Shown: positions 19,757-29,005 of the stretch, one piece after another
Layout: the number at the start of each line of letters is the position of its first letter
Numbering within the stretch: position 1 is the first letter of the stretch
Assembly: GCA_023245035.1 (NCBI GenBank)
Contig: JAHFLD010000002.1
Coordinates: forward strand, 1,501-65,500
From: Candidatus Harrisonbacteria bacterium
GTDB lineage: Bacteria > Patescibacteriota > Minisyncoccia > UBA6257 > 1-14-0-10-40-38
DNA length: 64,000 bases
Reading direction: 5' to 3'
Notes under the pieces: model-generated
What the model was told of the DNA's origin: nothing
The model's database searches: none
The model's input: only the letters and a program-made list of their open reading frames with translations
Made by a program: the position numbers and the translations under genes

Positions 19757-20965
19757 ATGAAATTCCGTTACAGCGCCAGAACTAAATCAGGTGAGCTCCA
19801 AGTGGGTTATGTGGAGGCGCTCCATCAAGACGCGGCCTCCAATATTTTGACCGGCCACGGCCTATACGTGCTGTCACTCGAGAGCATTCGCGAGCATCGC
19901 ACCTTTAGGGCGTTTTTCAACTTTTTGAATCGGGTTAAGGCCAAGGATTTGGTGATTTTTACCCGCCAGTTTGCCACCATGTTGGAGGCGAAGGTGCGGA
20001 TTGACGAGGGTTTGCGGACGCTCTTTTCTCAGACCAAAAATCCCATTCTTAAAGAGGCGATTTTTGAGGTTTCCGCGGATATTGACGCCGGTTTGTCGCT
20101 GTCGCAGGCAATGGAGCGGCAGAGCGCCGTGTTTTCCGAATTCTACGTTAATTTAATTCGCTCGGCGGAGGTGACAGGTAGAATTGAGGAGGCGATGCAA
20201 TTTTTGGCGGATCACTTGGAAAAAGAATTTGTCCTGACGACCAAGGTCAAAAACGCCATGATTTATCCGGTATTCGTCATCTTGCTGTTTTTTGTGGTCG
20301 GCGGAATTCTTATCGGTTTGGTTTTTCCTCAAATCACCCCAATTTTTACCGAATCGCAGGTAGAGCTGCCCTTTTTGACCAAGATATTACTTAATTCCGG
20401 TATATTTTTGAGCCATTGGTGGGTAGCGGTTGTAGCTACGGCTGGTTTTTTGGGGGCGGGGCTCTATGCCTACATTAAGACCGCCGAGGGCCGGGCGCTG
20501 GTTGATCAGTTTTCGCTCCAGGCGCCGGTTATGGGCAATTTGTTTAAAAAATTGTATTTGGCCAGATTTTCGGAGACGGCGAGCGTTTTGATCAAGGGTG
20601 GAATTCCAATCGCGCAGGCGATGGAGATTACCAGCCGGACAATCGGGAGCACTTTTTATGGCGAGATGCTTCACGATGTGGCCGAGGGGGTTCGGCGGGG
20701 CGAGCTGCTGTCGCAGGCTCTCGAAAAAAATCCACGTTATTTTTTGCCGCTCTTGACGCAGATGGTGGCGGTGGGGGAGAAGACCGGTAAGTTGGAGGAG
20801 ATGTTTATTCGGGTTTTTAGATTTTATTCCCGCGAGGTGGATACGGTGATTGATAACCTAGTGGAGTTTATTCAACCGGCTTTGATTGTGGTAATCGGCG
20901 GGGCGGTGGGGGCGCTGTTTGCGTCGGTGTTGTATCCCCTCTACTCCCTCATCCAGAAGTTCTAG
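19757..20965 (+). CDS. pilC: Type IV pilus inner-membrane platform protein PilC (GspF family)
   Basis: Two T2SS-F-like repeats, three TM segments, 402 aa. Follows pilT. Confidence 0.85.
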   Translation: MKFRYSARTKSGELQVGYVEALHQDAASNILTGHGLYVLSLESIREHRTFRAFFNFLNRVKAKDLVIFTRQFATMLEAKVRIDEGLRTLFSQTKNPILKEAIFEVSADIDAGLSLSQAMERQSAVFSEFYVNLIRSAEVTGRIEEAMQFLADHLEKEFVLTTKVKNAMIYPVFVILLFFVVGGILIGLVFPQITPIFTESQVELPFLTKILLNSGIFLSHWWVAVVATAGFLGAGLYAYIKTAEGRALVDQFSLQAPVMGNLFKKLYLARFSETASVLIKGGIPIAQAMEITSRTIGSTFYGEMLHDVAEGVRRGELLSQALEKNPRYFLPLLTQMVAVGEKTGKLEEMFIRVFRFYSREVDTVIDNLVEFIQPALIVVIGGAVGALFASVLYPLYSLIQKF

Positions 20966-21279
20966 GTTAAAACATCCGCATTCGGCGCATTTTTTTGTTG
21001 CGAGCTGTGGTGCTCAACGCAGTACTTGAATAAAGTACAGCTTATTCCGCTCCTCGCCTGCGCCTCAAACTGCGCACGAATGCGGATGTTTCAAGTCACG
21101 ATTGTCGTTCGCGCCTCGTATTTGTTCTTTTTAAATTAAGATACAGTATGCGAAAACTTTTTAGCCTGCCAAGCTTTCCATTCATTCTCCTCGCCCGCGC
21201 CTCAAACTGCATGCCCGAACGATTATATTTAGTCGGGCGGGCGCACGAACGCGGATGTTTCGAGACAACTCTTATTTTT

Positions 21280-21385
21280 CGCGAATTATTTTGTTGTTCG
21301 TTCCGTTACTCAGTCGGCGCACTTGGTTAAAGCGCGCCTTCCTCCTTACTCGCTCACTCCTTGTACTTCGCGAAAAATCTAGAAA
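21280..21385 (+). repeat. Conserved ~90-bp intergenic module, copy A (upstream of pilin genes)
   Basis: Aligns with 41725-41825 and 56598-56695: ...gtcgg-[hairpin]-cttcctcctt(t)actcg-ttactcct-gaact...aaaat. The hairpin sequence differs but base-pairing is preserved. Confidence 0.7.
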
Positions 21386-21662
21386 ATTCTTTGCTGTGTG
21401 TGTGTCGATTAGTAGATTATCTTTGCTTCTTGTCTTGTGTTTTATATTACAAACATAGGATTTGTTCATTATCTAAACCCTGTACCCTTCACCCTAGACC
21501 CTACCCAATGCCCTGTGAATATCTTAATTGCGGTGTTGGGTTTTTAGCGTGCTATAATTGGGTCAAATCTTTGAAAGGTCGGTTTCTCTTGTTTTGAGAA
21601 AGTTTAATTTCCAAAGATATAAAGATATTTTGATTATTCCGGTAAAAATTACTTAACTTACA

Positions 21663-22094
21663 ATGAATACAACATCCAAGAAAGGTTTTACGATTATTGA
21701 GCTTTTGGTGGTTATCGCCATCATTGGCCTTTTGGCTTCGGTGGTTTTGGTTGGTTTGGGTGGCGCGCGCCGATCAGGAAGAGATGCGAAAAGAATTGCT
21801 GATTTGAGGCAATTGCAGGTTGGTTTGGAGGCTTATTTTACCAAGAATGGAGTCTACCCAGCGACGCTTAGCGCTTTGACCACTGCTGGTGTCGGCGTGA
21901 CTGTAGTTCCTACTGATCCTGCTGGTGCGGCCTATGGCTATGGAGTAGCTAGCCCGGCAACTACCTATACTCTTAGTGCTCAACTTGAAGATGCGGGAAA
22001 CCAGGCGTTAAATAACGACATCGATGGTACTTCGAATGGTCTTAGCTGTGGAACGGCTGGTCCGACCGATCTCACGTATTGTGTTTCTCTCTAA
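21663..22094 (+). CDS. pilA: Type IV pilin (class III signal peptide G|FTIIELLVVIAIIGLLA)
   Basis: Prepilin leader KKGFTIIELLVVIAIIGLL. C-terminal Cys pair (CGTAG...YCV). Confidence 0.85.
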   Translation: MNTTSKKGFTIIELLVVIAIIGLLASVVLVGLGGARRSGRDAKRIADLRQLQVGLEAYFTKNGVYPATLSALTTAGVGVTVVPTDPAGAAYGYGVASPATTYTLSAQLEDAGNQALNNDIDGTSNGLSCGTAGPTDLTYCVSL

Positions 22095-22118
22095 GTTTTT
22101 ACTTGATTCCTTGGTCTG

Positions 22119-22580
22119 ATGTCTCTAATTTCTTACAGACGAGGTTTTACACTCATAGAACTACTGGTTGCCATTGCTATTGTTGGGCTTTTGGCTTCGG
22201 TAGTTCTTTTGGGTTTGGGAGGTGCGCGTCTCAAGGGTCGGGATGCGCGACGAATTGCCGATTTGCGGACGGTGCAAAATGCTTTGGAGTTTTATATCAA
22301 CCGGAATGGAGTCTATCCCAACAATACCGGCAACTGGATTGCGCTAACTACGGCTCTAAATAACGCCGGCGCGGGTCGTATTCCAACCGATCCGCTAAAT
22401 AGCGGTGTTAATGTTTATAGTTATTACACGAATTCAGGAACGCAGGATTTTTATGTCTTAAAGGCGATGCTGGAGGATATTTCTAATCCGGCTTTGCAAA
22501 ATGACACTGATGGAACTTTTGGTTCTCTAACTTGTGACGATACGGTGACCGCTGCCTATTGTGTTCGTGGTGGCTTATGA
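22119..22580 (+). CDS. pilA: Type IV pilin paralog
   Basis: RRGFTLIELLVAIAIVGLLASVVLLGLGGAR shares the GARxxGRDAxRIADLR motif with the upstream pilin. C-terminal Cys pair. Confidence 0.85.
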   Translation: MSLISYRRGFTLIELLVAIAIVGLLASVVLLGLGGARLKGRDARRIADLRTVQNALEFYINRNGVYPNNTGNWIALTTALNNAGAGRIPTDPLNSGVNVYSYYTNSGTQDFYVLKAMLEDISNPALQNDTDGTFGSLTCDDTVTAAYCVRGGL

Positions 22581-23467
22581 GCTTTTTTATTTTATTATTG
22601 CTTTTTTTTATCGGCTTGGCGGTTGGCAGTTTTTTAAACGTACTGGCGGTTCGATATGATCCCGAGCGGCCTATTTTTTCCGGGCCATCGCTCCTAGGTC
22701 GCTCTCACTGTCCGCATTGCGGTAAGACGCTTTCGGCTTTTGAACTTATTCCACTGGTCAGCTTTTTGTGGCAGAGGGGAAGATGTCGCGGTTGTCGGCA
22801 TTCAATTTCCAGTCAATATTTTTTGGTGGAGTTGTTTACGGGCATTTACTTTGTTGCGGTGCCTTTGTTTTTGACTTCTTTTTACGCGCTCACGCCAAAA
22901 CTGGCGCTTCATGGAGGTCCGTTTGTTTTTGCCGCTGGTTTATGGATTTTAGTCGGCCTGACCCTGCTTTTAATGTCGCTAATTGATTTGCGTCTGATGC
23001 TGATTCCGGATCAGCTGACGGTGTTTATCGGCCTTGTTGGTTTAGTTCAGGTTTTCTTTCTTAGACGTTACGGACTTTTTGGCTCGTTCGACGGGTCCTT
23101 TTTGGGAAGCGCCGCCGGTATATTTGCTTTTCGCGAGAATATTTTTTGGAATCATATTTTGGCGGCATTGGTTGGAGGAGGGGTATTCGGTTTGGTTTGG
23201 GCCTTGTCGCGGGGTCGCGGCATGGGTTTTGGCGACGTCAAGCTGGCGGCGGCGCTCGGTTTTCTTTTTGGCTGGCCGGATGTCTTATTGATCTTGATGC
23301 TGGCGGTCGTCATCGGCGCGGGTTTCGGGTTGGGACTTATTTTTTCTCGCAAAAAGGGTTTTAGGGATGGGATCCCGTTCGGGCCATTTTTGGCCCTCGG
23401 CGCGATGTTGGTGTTTTTCTGGGGTGAGACGATTTTTACCGGCTACCTGAAATTTTTCGGACTTTGA
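22577..23467 (+). CDS. pilD: Prepilin peptidase PilD (A24 family) with N-terminal zinc-binding CxxC...CxxC
   Basis: CPHCGKTLSAFELIPLVSFLWQRGRCRGCRHSIS. Multiple TM helices. Conserved GFGDVKL and GPFLALG motifs. The ATG at 22577 overlaps the pilin stop (ATGA). Confidence 0.85.
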   Translation: MSFFILLLLFFIGLAVGSFLNVLAVRYDPERPIFSGPSLLGRSHCPHCGKTLSAFELIPLVSFLWQRGRCRGCRHSISSQYFLVELFTGIYFVAVPLFLTSFYALTPKLALHGGPFVFAAGLWILVGLTLLLMSLIDLRLMLIPDQLTVFIGLVGLVQVFFLRRYGLFGSFDGSFLGSAAGIFAFRENIFWNHILAALVGGGVFGLVWALSRGRGMGFGDVKLAAALGFLFGWPDVLLILMLAVVIGAGFGLGLIFSRKKGFRDGIPFGPFLALGAMLVFFWGETIFTGYLKFFGL

Positions 23468-23605
23468 TCTAGAGTTTGCGAACCAGCCTTTGTTCTGGGA
23501 GCTGTGGCGGGCAGGTTTAAAAAATAGAAATGGCAAGACGGATGGGTGCAGACTTGTACGATGCTGTGTTTTGGTCTTTTGACCGGCGAGGATTATACTT
23601 AAGCT

Positions 23606-24229
23606 ATGCGTTTTTTGCCAAATAAATCCAGTTTTGGATTTTCTACAGTTGAGATTTTAGTGGTGGCGGCGGTTTTGGGAATGTTGATTACGATTTCCAT
23701 CCAATATTCGCGGCGAAGCGAACAGCAAATCGTCTTGTCCACCGCTCGGGCGGCTTTGGTGCAGACGATTTTACGCAGTAAGGCGCTGACGATTCAAACT
23801 TTTCGAGACGGCTTGCCGGTATGTGGTTACGGAGTGCGTTTTACTTCTACCGGCTACACGCTTTTTCGCGATTTTCCCGCTCCGCAACCGCCGCTCTCAA
23901 GCGGAGCGCCGCCGCCGATTGACTGCAGTGGTTCATTGGCTTTTGGGCCAAAGTATTCCGGTTCCGATGAGGATTTTTCGGTAACCGTGCTTGATCCAAG
24001 ATTGCAGATTCAGGTTTGTTTTCCGCCGGATGTGAGCGGTGGTTTTACCACTAATATCTTGTCGTGCCCCGGTGTTGAAGGCGAGGTGCTTTTTGTGCCG
24101 CCAGATCCAACGGTGTTTTTTGACCCCGGTTTGTCAGGGGATTACATGTCGTTGGTTCTTTCGCTGGTTGATGGAAGCGCGTCATCGCAAATCGATATCG
24201 GTTCCGGCGGTCAAGTTTCTATCCAGTAG
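23606..24229 (+). CDS. Minor pilin / pseudopilin-like protein (prepilin-type N-terminus)
   Basis: N-terminus FGFSTVEILVVAAVLGMLITISI resembles a class III signal peptide. Confidence 0.55.
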   Translation: MRFLPNKSSFGFSTVEILVVAAVLGMLITISIQYSRRSEQQIVLSTARAALVQTILRSKALTIQTFRDGLPVCGYGVRFTSTGYTLFRDFPAPQPPLSSGAPPPIDCSGSLAFGPKYSGSDEDFSVTVLDPRLQIQVCFPPDVSGGFTTNILSCPGVEGEVLFVPPDPTVFFDPGLSGDYMSLVLSLVDGSASSQIDIGSGGQVSIQ

Positions 24230-24235
24230 GCAGAT

Positions 24236-24817
24236 ATGACATTTTTCAAAAACAAATTAGGCGATCGGCGGGGGCAATTAATTGTGGAGTCTATGGTGGC
24301 TATCGCGGTTATGGTGACTGGCATCTTGGGTCTTTTTGTCTTGCTTTCTAAATCACTGGCCGCGACGAAGCTGGTTTCCAGCCAATATGTCGCCGTTCAT
24401 TTAGCCGGAGAGGGAATTGAATTGGTTAAAAATTTGCTGGATAAAAACGCCATTACGCGCCGAGCGACCGGCGGGGCTAATTCACTCACTCCCTGGAATC
24501 AAAATATGGGACCGGGAACTTTTGAGATGGATTTTAACGATGGGGCGCTGACGCCGGTTGTGCCCGGGCAGGCTCATTTGCTGTCGTTTGATGAACAAAG
24601 CGGCCACTATTTTTATGCTTCAAGCGCCGGTGGCACTGGTATTGATGAAGGGCAATCACTCACAACACCGTCAATCTACAAGCGAGAAATCGCCATTACT
24701 TGGTTGCCGGCGGCGAGCCCTAATTCTATGAGTGTTGTTTCCACGGTGTGGTGGTCAATTCGCGGTACTGATTATTCGGTGGTGTTGGAAGATGTCTTTA
24801 CCAATTGGCGTCCTTAA
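24236..24817 (+). CDS. Minor pilin-like protein
   Basis: GQLIVESMVAIAVMVTGILGLFVLL N-terminal helix. Confidence 0.5.
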   Translation: MTFFKNKLGDRRGQLIVESMVAIAVMVTGILGLFVLLSKSLAATKLVSSQYVAVHLAGEGIELVKNLLDKNAITRRATGGANSLTPWNQNMGPGTFEMDFNDGALTPVVPGQAHLLSFDEQSGHYFYASSAGGTGIDEGQSLTTPSIYKREIAITWLPAASPNSMSVVSTVWWSIRGTDYSVVLEDVFTNWRP

Positions 24818-24826
24818 ATTAAGACC

Positions 24827-25348
24827 ATGATTCTTTTTGCTAAAAATTCAGAGGCGCGTCGAGGATTTACCCTGGTTGAACTGATTGTGGCAGTCGGTAT
24901 TTTTGGCATGGTGATGGCTTTGGCAGTCGGTATTTTTGTGAAGCTGTTGCGAACTCAGCGGGCGGTAGTGGCCTTGATTGCCATGAATGATAACGCGAGC
25001 TTGGCGTTGGAGCAGGTGGCGCGCGAGATTCGTACTGGTTCTGGTTTTTCTTTGACGCAGGGAGGATTGAATTTTTTTAACGCGAAGGGGGAGGCGGTGA
25101 GATATGCGTTGGATCAAAATGCCATAGGACGATCCGTGGCTCAGGGTCCGATACGTCATATTACCGGCAACAATGTTATGGTTGATCGGCTGGATTTTAC
25201 CTTGACCGGATCCGCGCCGAATGGTTTGCCCGACGGGTTGCAACCCAGAATCGTCATCGTGCTTAGCGTGAGCGCGGTGGCTTCGGAGGCTGCTGGCGTC
25301 GTCAATCATTATCAAACCGCGGTCAGTCCGCGTTTACTGGATTCTTAG
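24827..25348 (+). CDS. Minor pilin / pseudopilin (prepilin-type cleavage/methylation N-terminus)
   Basis: RRGFTLVELIVAVGIFGMVMALAVGIF. Confidence 0.65.
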   Translation: MILFAKNSEARRGFTLVELIVAVGIFGMVMALAVGIFVKLLRTQRAVVALIAMNDNASLALEQVAREIRTGSGFSLTQGGLNFFNAKGEAVRYALDQNAIGRSVAQGPIRHITGNNVMVDRLDFTLTGSAPNGLPDGLQPRIVIVLSVSAVASEAAGVVNHYQTAVSPRLLDS

Positions 25349-25356
25349 TTTTTATT

Positions 25357-25827
25357 ATGAGACGACTTATTTTTAATAAATTTTTTAGACGCTCGGCGGA
25401 AAGCCGGGTCTCGGGGCAAAGTGGCCAGGTGCTTTTGTTCTCGGTTTTGATTCTCTCCGGAGCGCTTTTAAGCGTTACCGTTATCGCCGGATTGTTGACG
25501 CTTTATCAGTTGAGGCAGGCGGGGGACGTGGCGCGTTCGGCGCAGGCGATTTATGCCGCGGATGCCGGACTCGAGATGGAGTTTTATCGCTGGTTTAAAG
25601 ATTTTGATAATTGCCATGCTCCTTCGGCGGATCTTTTTGTGGTTCCCGGCTCTTATCCCACGACGCCGGCTTGCTTTACGATTGCGAATCCGCTAATAAA
25701 CGGCGCCCAGTTTGTGACTTTGATAGAGTATCGACCAGGCTCCGGTTCGTTGCCGGTTACGCTTGGGGTGATTCGCTCCACCGGACAATCAGCCAGATCA
25801 TTCCGCGCTTTTCGGGCGGATTTTTAG
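25357..25827 (+). CDS. Pilus-associated PilX-like hypothetical protein
   Basis: N-terminal TM helix (VLLFSVLILSGALLSVTVIAGLL). Last gene of the pilin block. Confidence 0.45.
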   Translation: MRRLIFNKFFRRSAESRVSGQSGQVLLFSVLILSGALLSVTVIAGLLTLYQLRQAGDVARSAQAIYAADAGLEMEFYRWFKDFDNCHAPSADLFVVPGSYPTTPACFTIANPLINGAQFVTLIEYRPGSGSLPVTLGVIRSTGQSARSFRAFRADF

Positions 25828-25953
25828 ATGATATTTAGCGCAAGGTTTTTGGCGTTTAGAATGGCCAAAGATGAGGCTTGTTGCTGAATTCGGCGTTTAC
25901 GGCATCCAGGCAGGGCCGTTTTTCGGCGTGGCTTTTGCTGATATACTTTCCCT

Positions 25954-28017
25954 ATGTCGTTTTCGACCACAAAAAAAGCCGCCGCGGAGCGAATCGCTGT
26001 TTTGCGCGAGGCCATCAATAAGTTTCGCTATCATTATCATGTTTTGAACGAATCGCTGATTTCCGATGAGGCTTTGGATACGCTCAAAAAAGAACTGTTT
26101 GATTTGGAGGGGCGTTTTCCAGAGCTCGTGACGCCGGATTCGCCGACTCAAAGAGTGGCGGGCGAGCCGCTCCAGAAGTTTAATAAGGTGAGCCACGAGG
26201 TGAGAATGATTTCGTTAAACGACGCTTTTTCGGAGGCCGATCTTCGCGCCTGGTTTGAGCGTCTGGCTAATTTTTTGGGACGCGAGCCAAAGCCTGAATT
26301 TTATTGCGAGCTTAAAATTGACGGCTTAGCGATTGAATTAATATATGAAAATGGCGTTTTGGCGCGGGCTTCCACTCGGGGCGATGGGCTGGTCGGCGAG
26401 GAGGTGACGCAAAACTTAAAAACGGTGGAGGCGATTCCACTCCGTTTGCGCGGTAATTATCCAAAAAAATTAACGGTTCGCGGAGAAGTTTTTTTGACCA
26501 GGCAGGAGTTTGAGCGCATTAACCGAGAACAAGTTGCTCGTGGTGAAAAGCCGTATGCCAATCCGCGAAATGTGGCGGCGGGGGCGGTGCGCCAGCTTGA
26601 TCCGAGGATTACCGCCTCGCGCCGTTTGGATTCTTTCGCTTATTCCATAGTAACCGACTTAGGGCAAGCGACACATGAAGAAGAGCATCGCTTATTGCAT
26701 TCGTTTGGTTTTAAGACAAACCAGCACAACGCGTTAGCCGGCTCGCTGGAGAAGGTGATTGCTTTTCGCAACCACTGGGAATCGCATCGGGAAAAATTGG
26801 CTTATGAGATTGACGGGGTGGTGGTTATTTTGAACGACAACGAACTTTTCGCGCGAGCGGGGATTATCGGCAAGTCGCCGCGAGCAGCCATGGCTTATAA
26901 GTTTGCTTCACGGGAAGCGACGACGATAGTTCGGGAAATTGTCGTTCAGGTTGGAAGAACCGGAGTTTTGACGCCAGTCGCGATTTTGGATCCGGTGAAT
27001 GTTGGCGGAGTTACCATTACTCATGCCACTTTGCATAATGCCGATGAGATTGAGCGATTAGGGTTGAAGCTTGGAGATACGGTGGTAGTAAGCCGAGCCG
27101 GAGATGTGATTCCGAAAATTATTAAGGTTTTGCCGGAATTGCGAACCGGCAAGGAGCATGGTTTTAAGATGCCGCAAGTTTGTCCGGTTGACGAGTCTCC
27201 GGTTTTGCGCGACGGGGCTTTATATCGTTGCGGTAATCCGGTTTGCGGAGGGCGACATCGCGAGGCTCTTTATCATTTTGTGGGACGATCCGCTTTTAAT
27301 ATTGAAGGCATGGGGCCGAAGATTATTGACCGTTTTCTGGATGAGGGCTTGGTGGCCGATGCCGCTGATATTTTTTCGTTGCGTGAGGGTGATATCGCGG
27401 CCTTGCCGAGATTTGGCGAGAAGTCCGCGGCTAATTTGATTAATGAAATCGCCGGACGCAAGCAGATCACCCTGACCCGTTTTTTGTTCGCGTTGGGCAT
27501 TCTTCATGTGGGCGAAGAAACGGCTAGGGTTTTGGCCGAATGGCTGGTATCCCGTTTGCCGAAGCGAGGCACGACTTTTAATCCGGAGGTCTTAGGGTCC
27601 TTGATGAAGGAAATCAGCGTGGATGATTTGCAAATGATTCCCGATGTTGGTCCGGCGGTGGCGCAGAGCATTGCTTTGTGGTTTACGCAGTCGCGAAACC
27701 AAACCCTGCTGAAGCGACTGGGAGGGGTTGGCGTGGTGTTTCAAGTTTCCTCGCCCAAAGAAAAAGGAGCGCTTACTGGGAAGTCATTTGTGATTACCGG
27801 TACCTTGTCTCAAATGAGCCGTCAAGAAGCCAAAGAGCGAATTCGGAATTTGGGAGGAGTGGTTCACGAGTCGGTTTCAAAGGCGACGAGCTATGTGGTT
27901 GTTGGCGCGGATCCAGGTTCAAAGGCTCGCAAGGCCGGGGAGTTGGGACTTACGATACTTTCCGAGGAGGAGCTGGGATCATTGCTTAACGTTGCCCAAA
28001 AGAAGAACGCGTCGTAA
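25954..28017 (+). CDS. ligA: NAD-dependent DNA ligase LigA
   Basis: KxDG adenylation motif (ELKIDGLAIEL). Zn finger CPVDESPVLRDGALYRCGNPVCGG. C-terminal BRCT. Confidence 0.92.
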   Translation: MSFSTTKKAAAERIAVLREAINKFRYHYHVLNESLISDEALDTLKKELFDLEGRFPELVTPDSPTQRVAGEPLQKFNKVSHEVRMISLNDAFSEADLRAWFERLANFLGREPKPEFYCELKIDGLAIELIYENGVLARASTRGDGLVGEEVTQNLKTVEAIPLRLRGNYPKKLTVRGEVFLTRQEFERINREQVARGEKPYANPRNVAAGAVRQLDPRITASRRLDSFAYSIVTDLGQATHEEEHRLLHSFGFKTNQHNALAGSLEKVIAFRNHWESHREKLAYEIDGVVVILNDNELFARAGIIGKSPRAAMAYKFASREATTIVREIVVQVGRTGVLTPVAILDPVNVGGVTITHATLHNADEIERLGLKLGDTVVVSRAGDVIPKIIKVLPELRTGKEHGFKMPQVCPVDESPVLRDGALYRCGNPVCGGRHREALYHFVGRSAFNIEGMGPKIIDRFLDEGLVADAADIFSLREGDIAALPRFGEKSAANLINEIAGRKQITLTRFLFALGILHVGEETARVLAEWLVSRLPKRGTTFNPEVLGSLMKEISVDDLQMIPDVGPAVAQSIALWFTQSRNQTLLKRLGGVGVVFQVSSPKEKGALTGKSFVITGTLSQMSRQEAKERIRNLGGVVHESVSKATSYVVVGADPGSKARKAGELGLTILSEEELGSLLNVAQKKNAS

Positions 28018-28028
28018 GATGTTAGAGT

Positions 28029-28661
28029 ATGTTGCGCGAAGGAGGTTTTTTATTGCCAGAGAAAAAATACAGTGGCCATGAACTGGAGTGGGATTTATTG
28101 GGTTATGGCGTGCCACGCGAGGCTCGCTATGATGGGCGCTATCTTAATTTTAGGGAGGCGATGAGGCTTGTTCGCGAGCATCAGCCGGAGGGTTGGGATC
28201 CGGCTGATCCGCCGGCGCATCCGACTTCGTTTCCTAATGATTTACACTTTGCTGTGGGCGAGGAGATCACTCAACGGCTCGCGGAGCGATCGGATGACTT
28301 GTCGCCGGAGGTCGCGGCAACGTTAAGCGAGGCTTTAGAACGTCACGGCCTGCAACTTTTTAACGCGCTTGGCAGCCACTTAGACCGGCTTCACGGAGTT
28401 GACGCGTTTTTTGACTTTACTATCCCCGTGGCGCGTGGCGCCGGTTTGGCGGGTGAAAAGCGAATCACCATCACTCTGGATTTAACGCAAAATCCGGAAA
28501 AGGCGGAGCGAGGCGCCAAGGCTAACGCGGTTTTGTATATTCCTTCGTTTGAAGATTATACCGCGATGAATCCGGAGGAGCGGACTAATTTTATGAAACG
28601 CCAGGCGGAAGGCGTTGTCAGCAGTTTGATATTTGAGTTAAAATATTCACACGCCGCTTAG
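28029..28661 (+). CDS. Hypothetical protein (alternative TTG start at 28053 with GGAGG RBS)
   Basis: 210-aa ORF with no recognised motif. GAAGGAGG at 28038-28045 favours TTG 28053 as the start. Confidence 0.5.
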   Translation: MLREGGFLLPEKKYSGHELEWDLLGYGVPREARYDGRYLNFREAMRLVREHQPEGWDPADPPAHPTSFPNDLHFAVGEEITQRLAERSDDLSPEVAATLSEALERHGLQLFNALGSHLDRLHGVDAFFDFTIPVARGAGLAGEKRITITLDLTQNPEKAERGAKANAVLYIPSFEDYTAMNPEERTNFMKRQAEGVVSSLIFELKYSHAA

Positions 28662-28666
28662 TTCTT

Positions 28667-28960
28667 ATGGCCGAAATAACCGCTCAATCTTTGGCGCACT
28701 TGGCGAAGCTTGCCCGCCTACATCTTAATCCGGAGGAATCCGGAGTTTTGTTGCGTGATCTAAAAAAGATTCTAGATCATTTCGCGGAGCTGACGGCCAT
28801 ACCCACCGAAGGCGTGATTCCGGTTGCGGGCGGCACTGATTTGAAAAACGTGTTTCGGGAAGATGTCGCGGCTGATGCGCCGTTTTCGTCCGAGATTTTA
28901 AGACAAGCTTTTTCGGAAAGGCGTGATGATTTTTTGGCGGTTCCGCCGGTTTTTGAGTAA
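28667..28960 (+). CDS. gatC: Asp-tRNA(Asn)/Glu-tRNA(Gln) amidotransferase subunit C
   Basis: 97 aa immediately upstream of gatA. Motif LAHLAKLARLHLNPEE. Confidence 0.8.
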   Translation: MAEITAQSLAHLAKLARLHLNPEESGVLLRDLKKILDHFAELTAIPTEGVIPVAGGTDLKNVFREDVAADAPFSSEILRQAFSERRDDFLAVPPVFE

Positions 28961-29005
28961 GCTACGGATTTACGAACAGAGCGAGTGTAAAAAAATAGGG
29001 ATTCT

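Noticed and set aside
21148-21330. 60-aa ORF MRKLFSLPSFPFILLARASNCMPE...
   Set aside because: It lies entirely within the duplicated inverted-repeat region upstream of the pilin genes and has no RBS. Its composition is dictated by the repeats.
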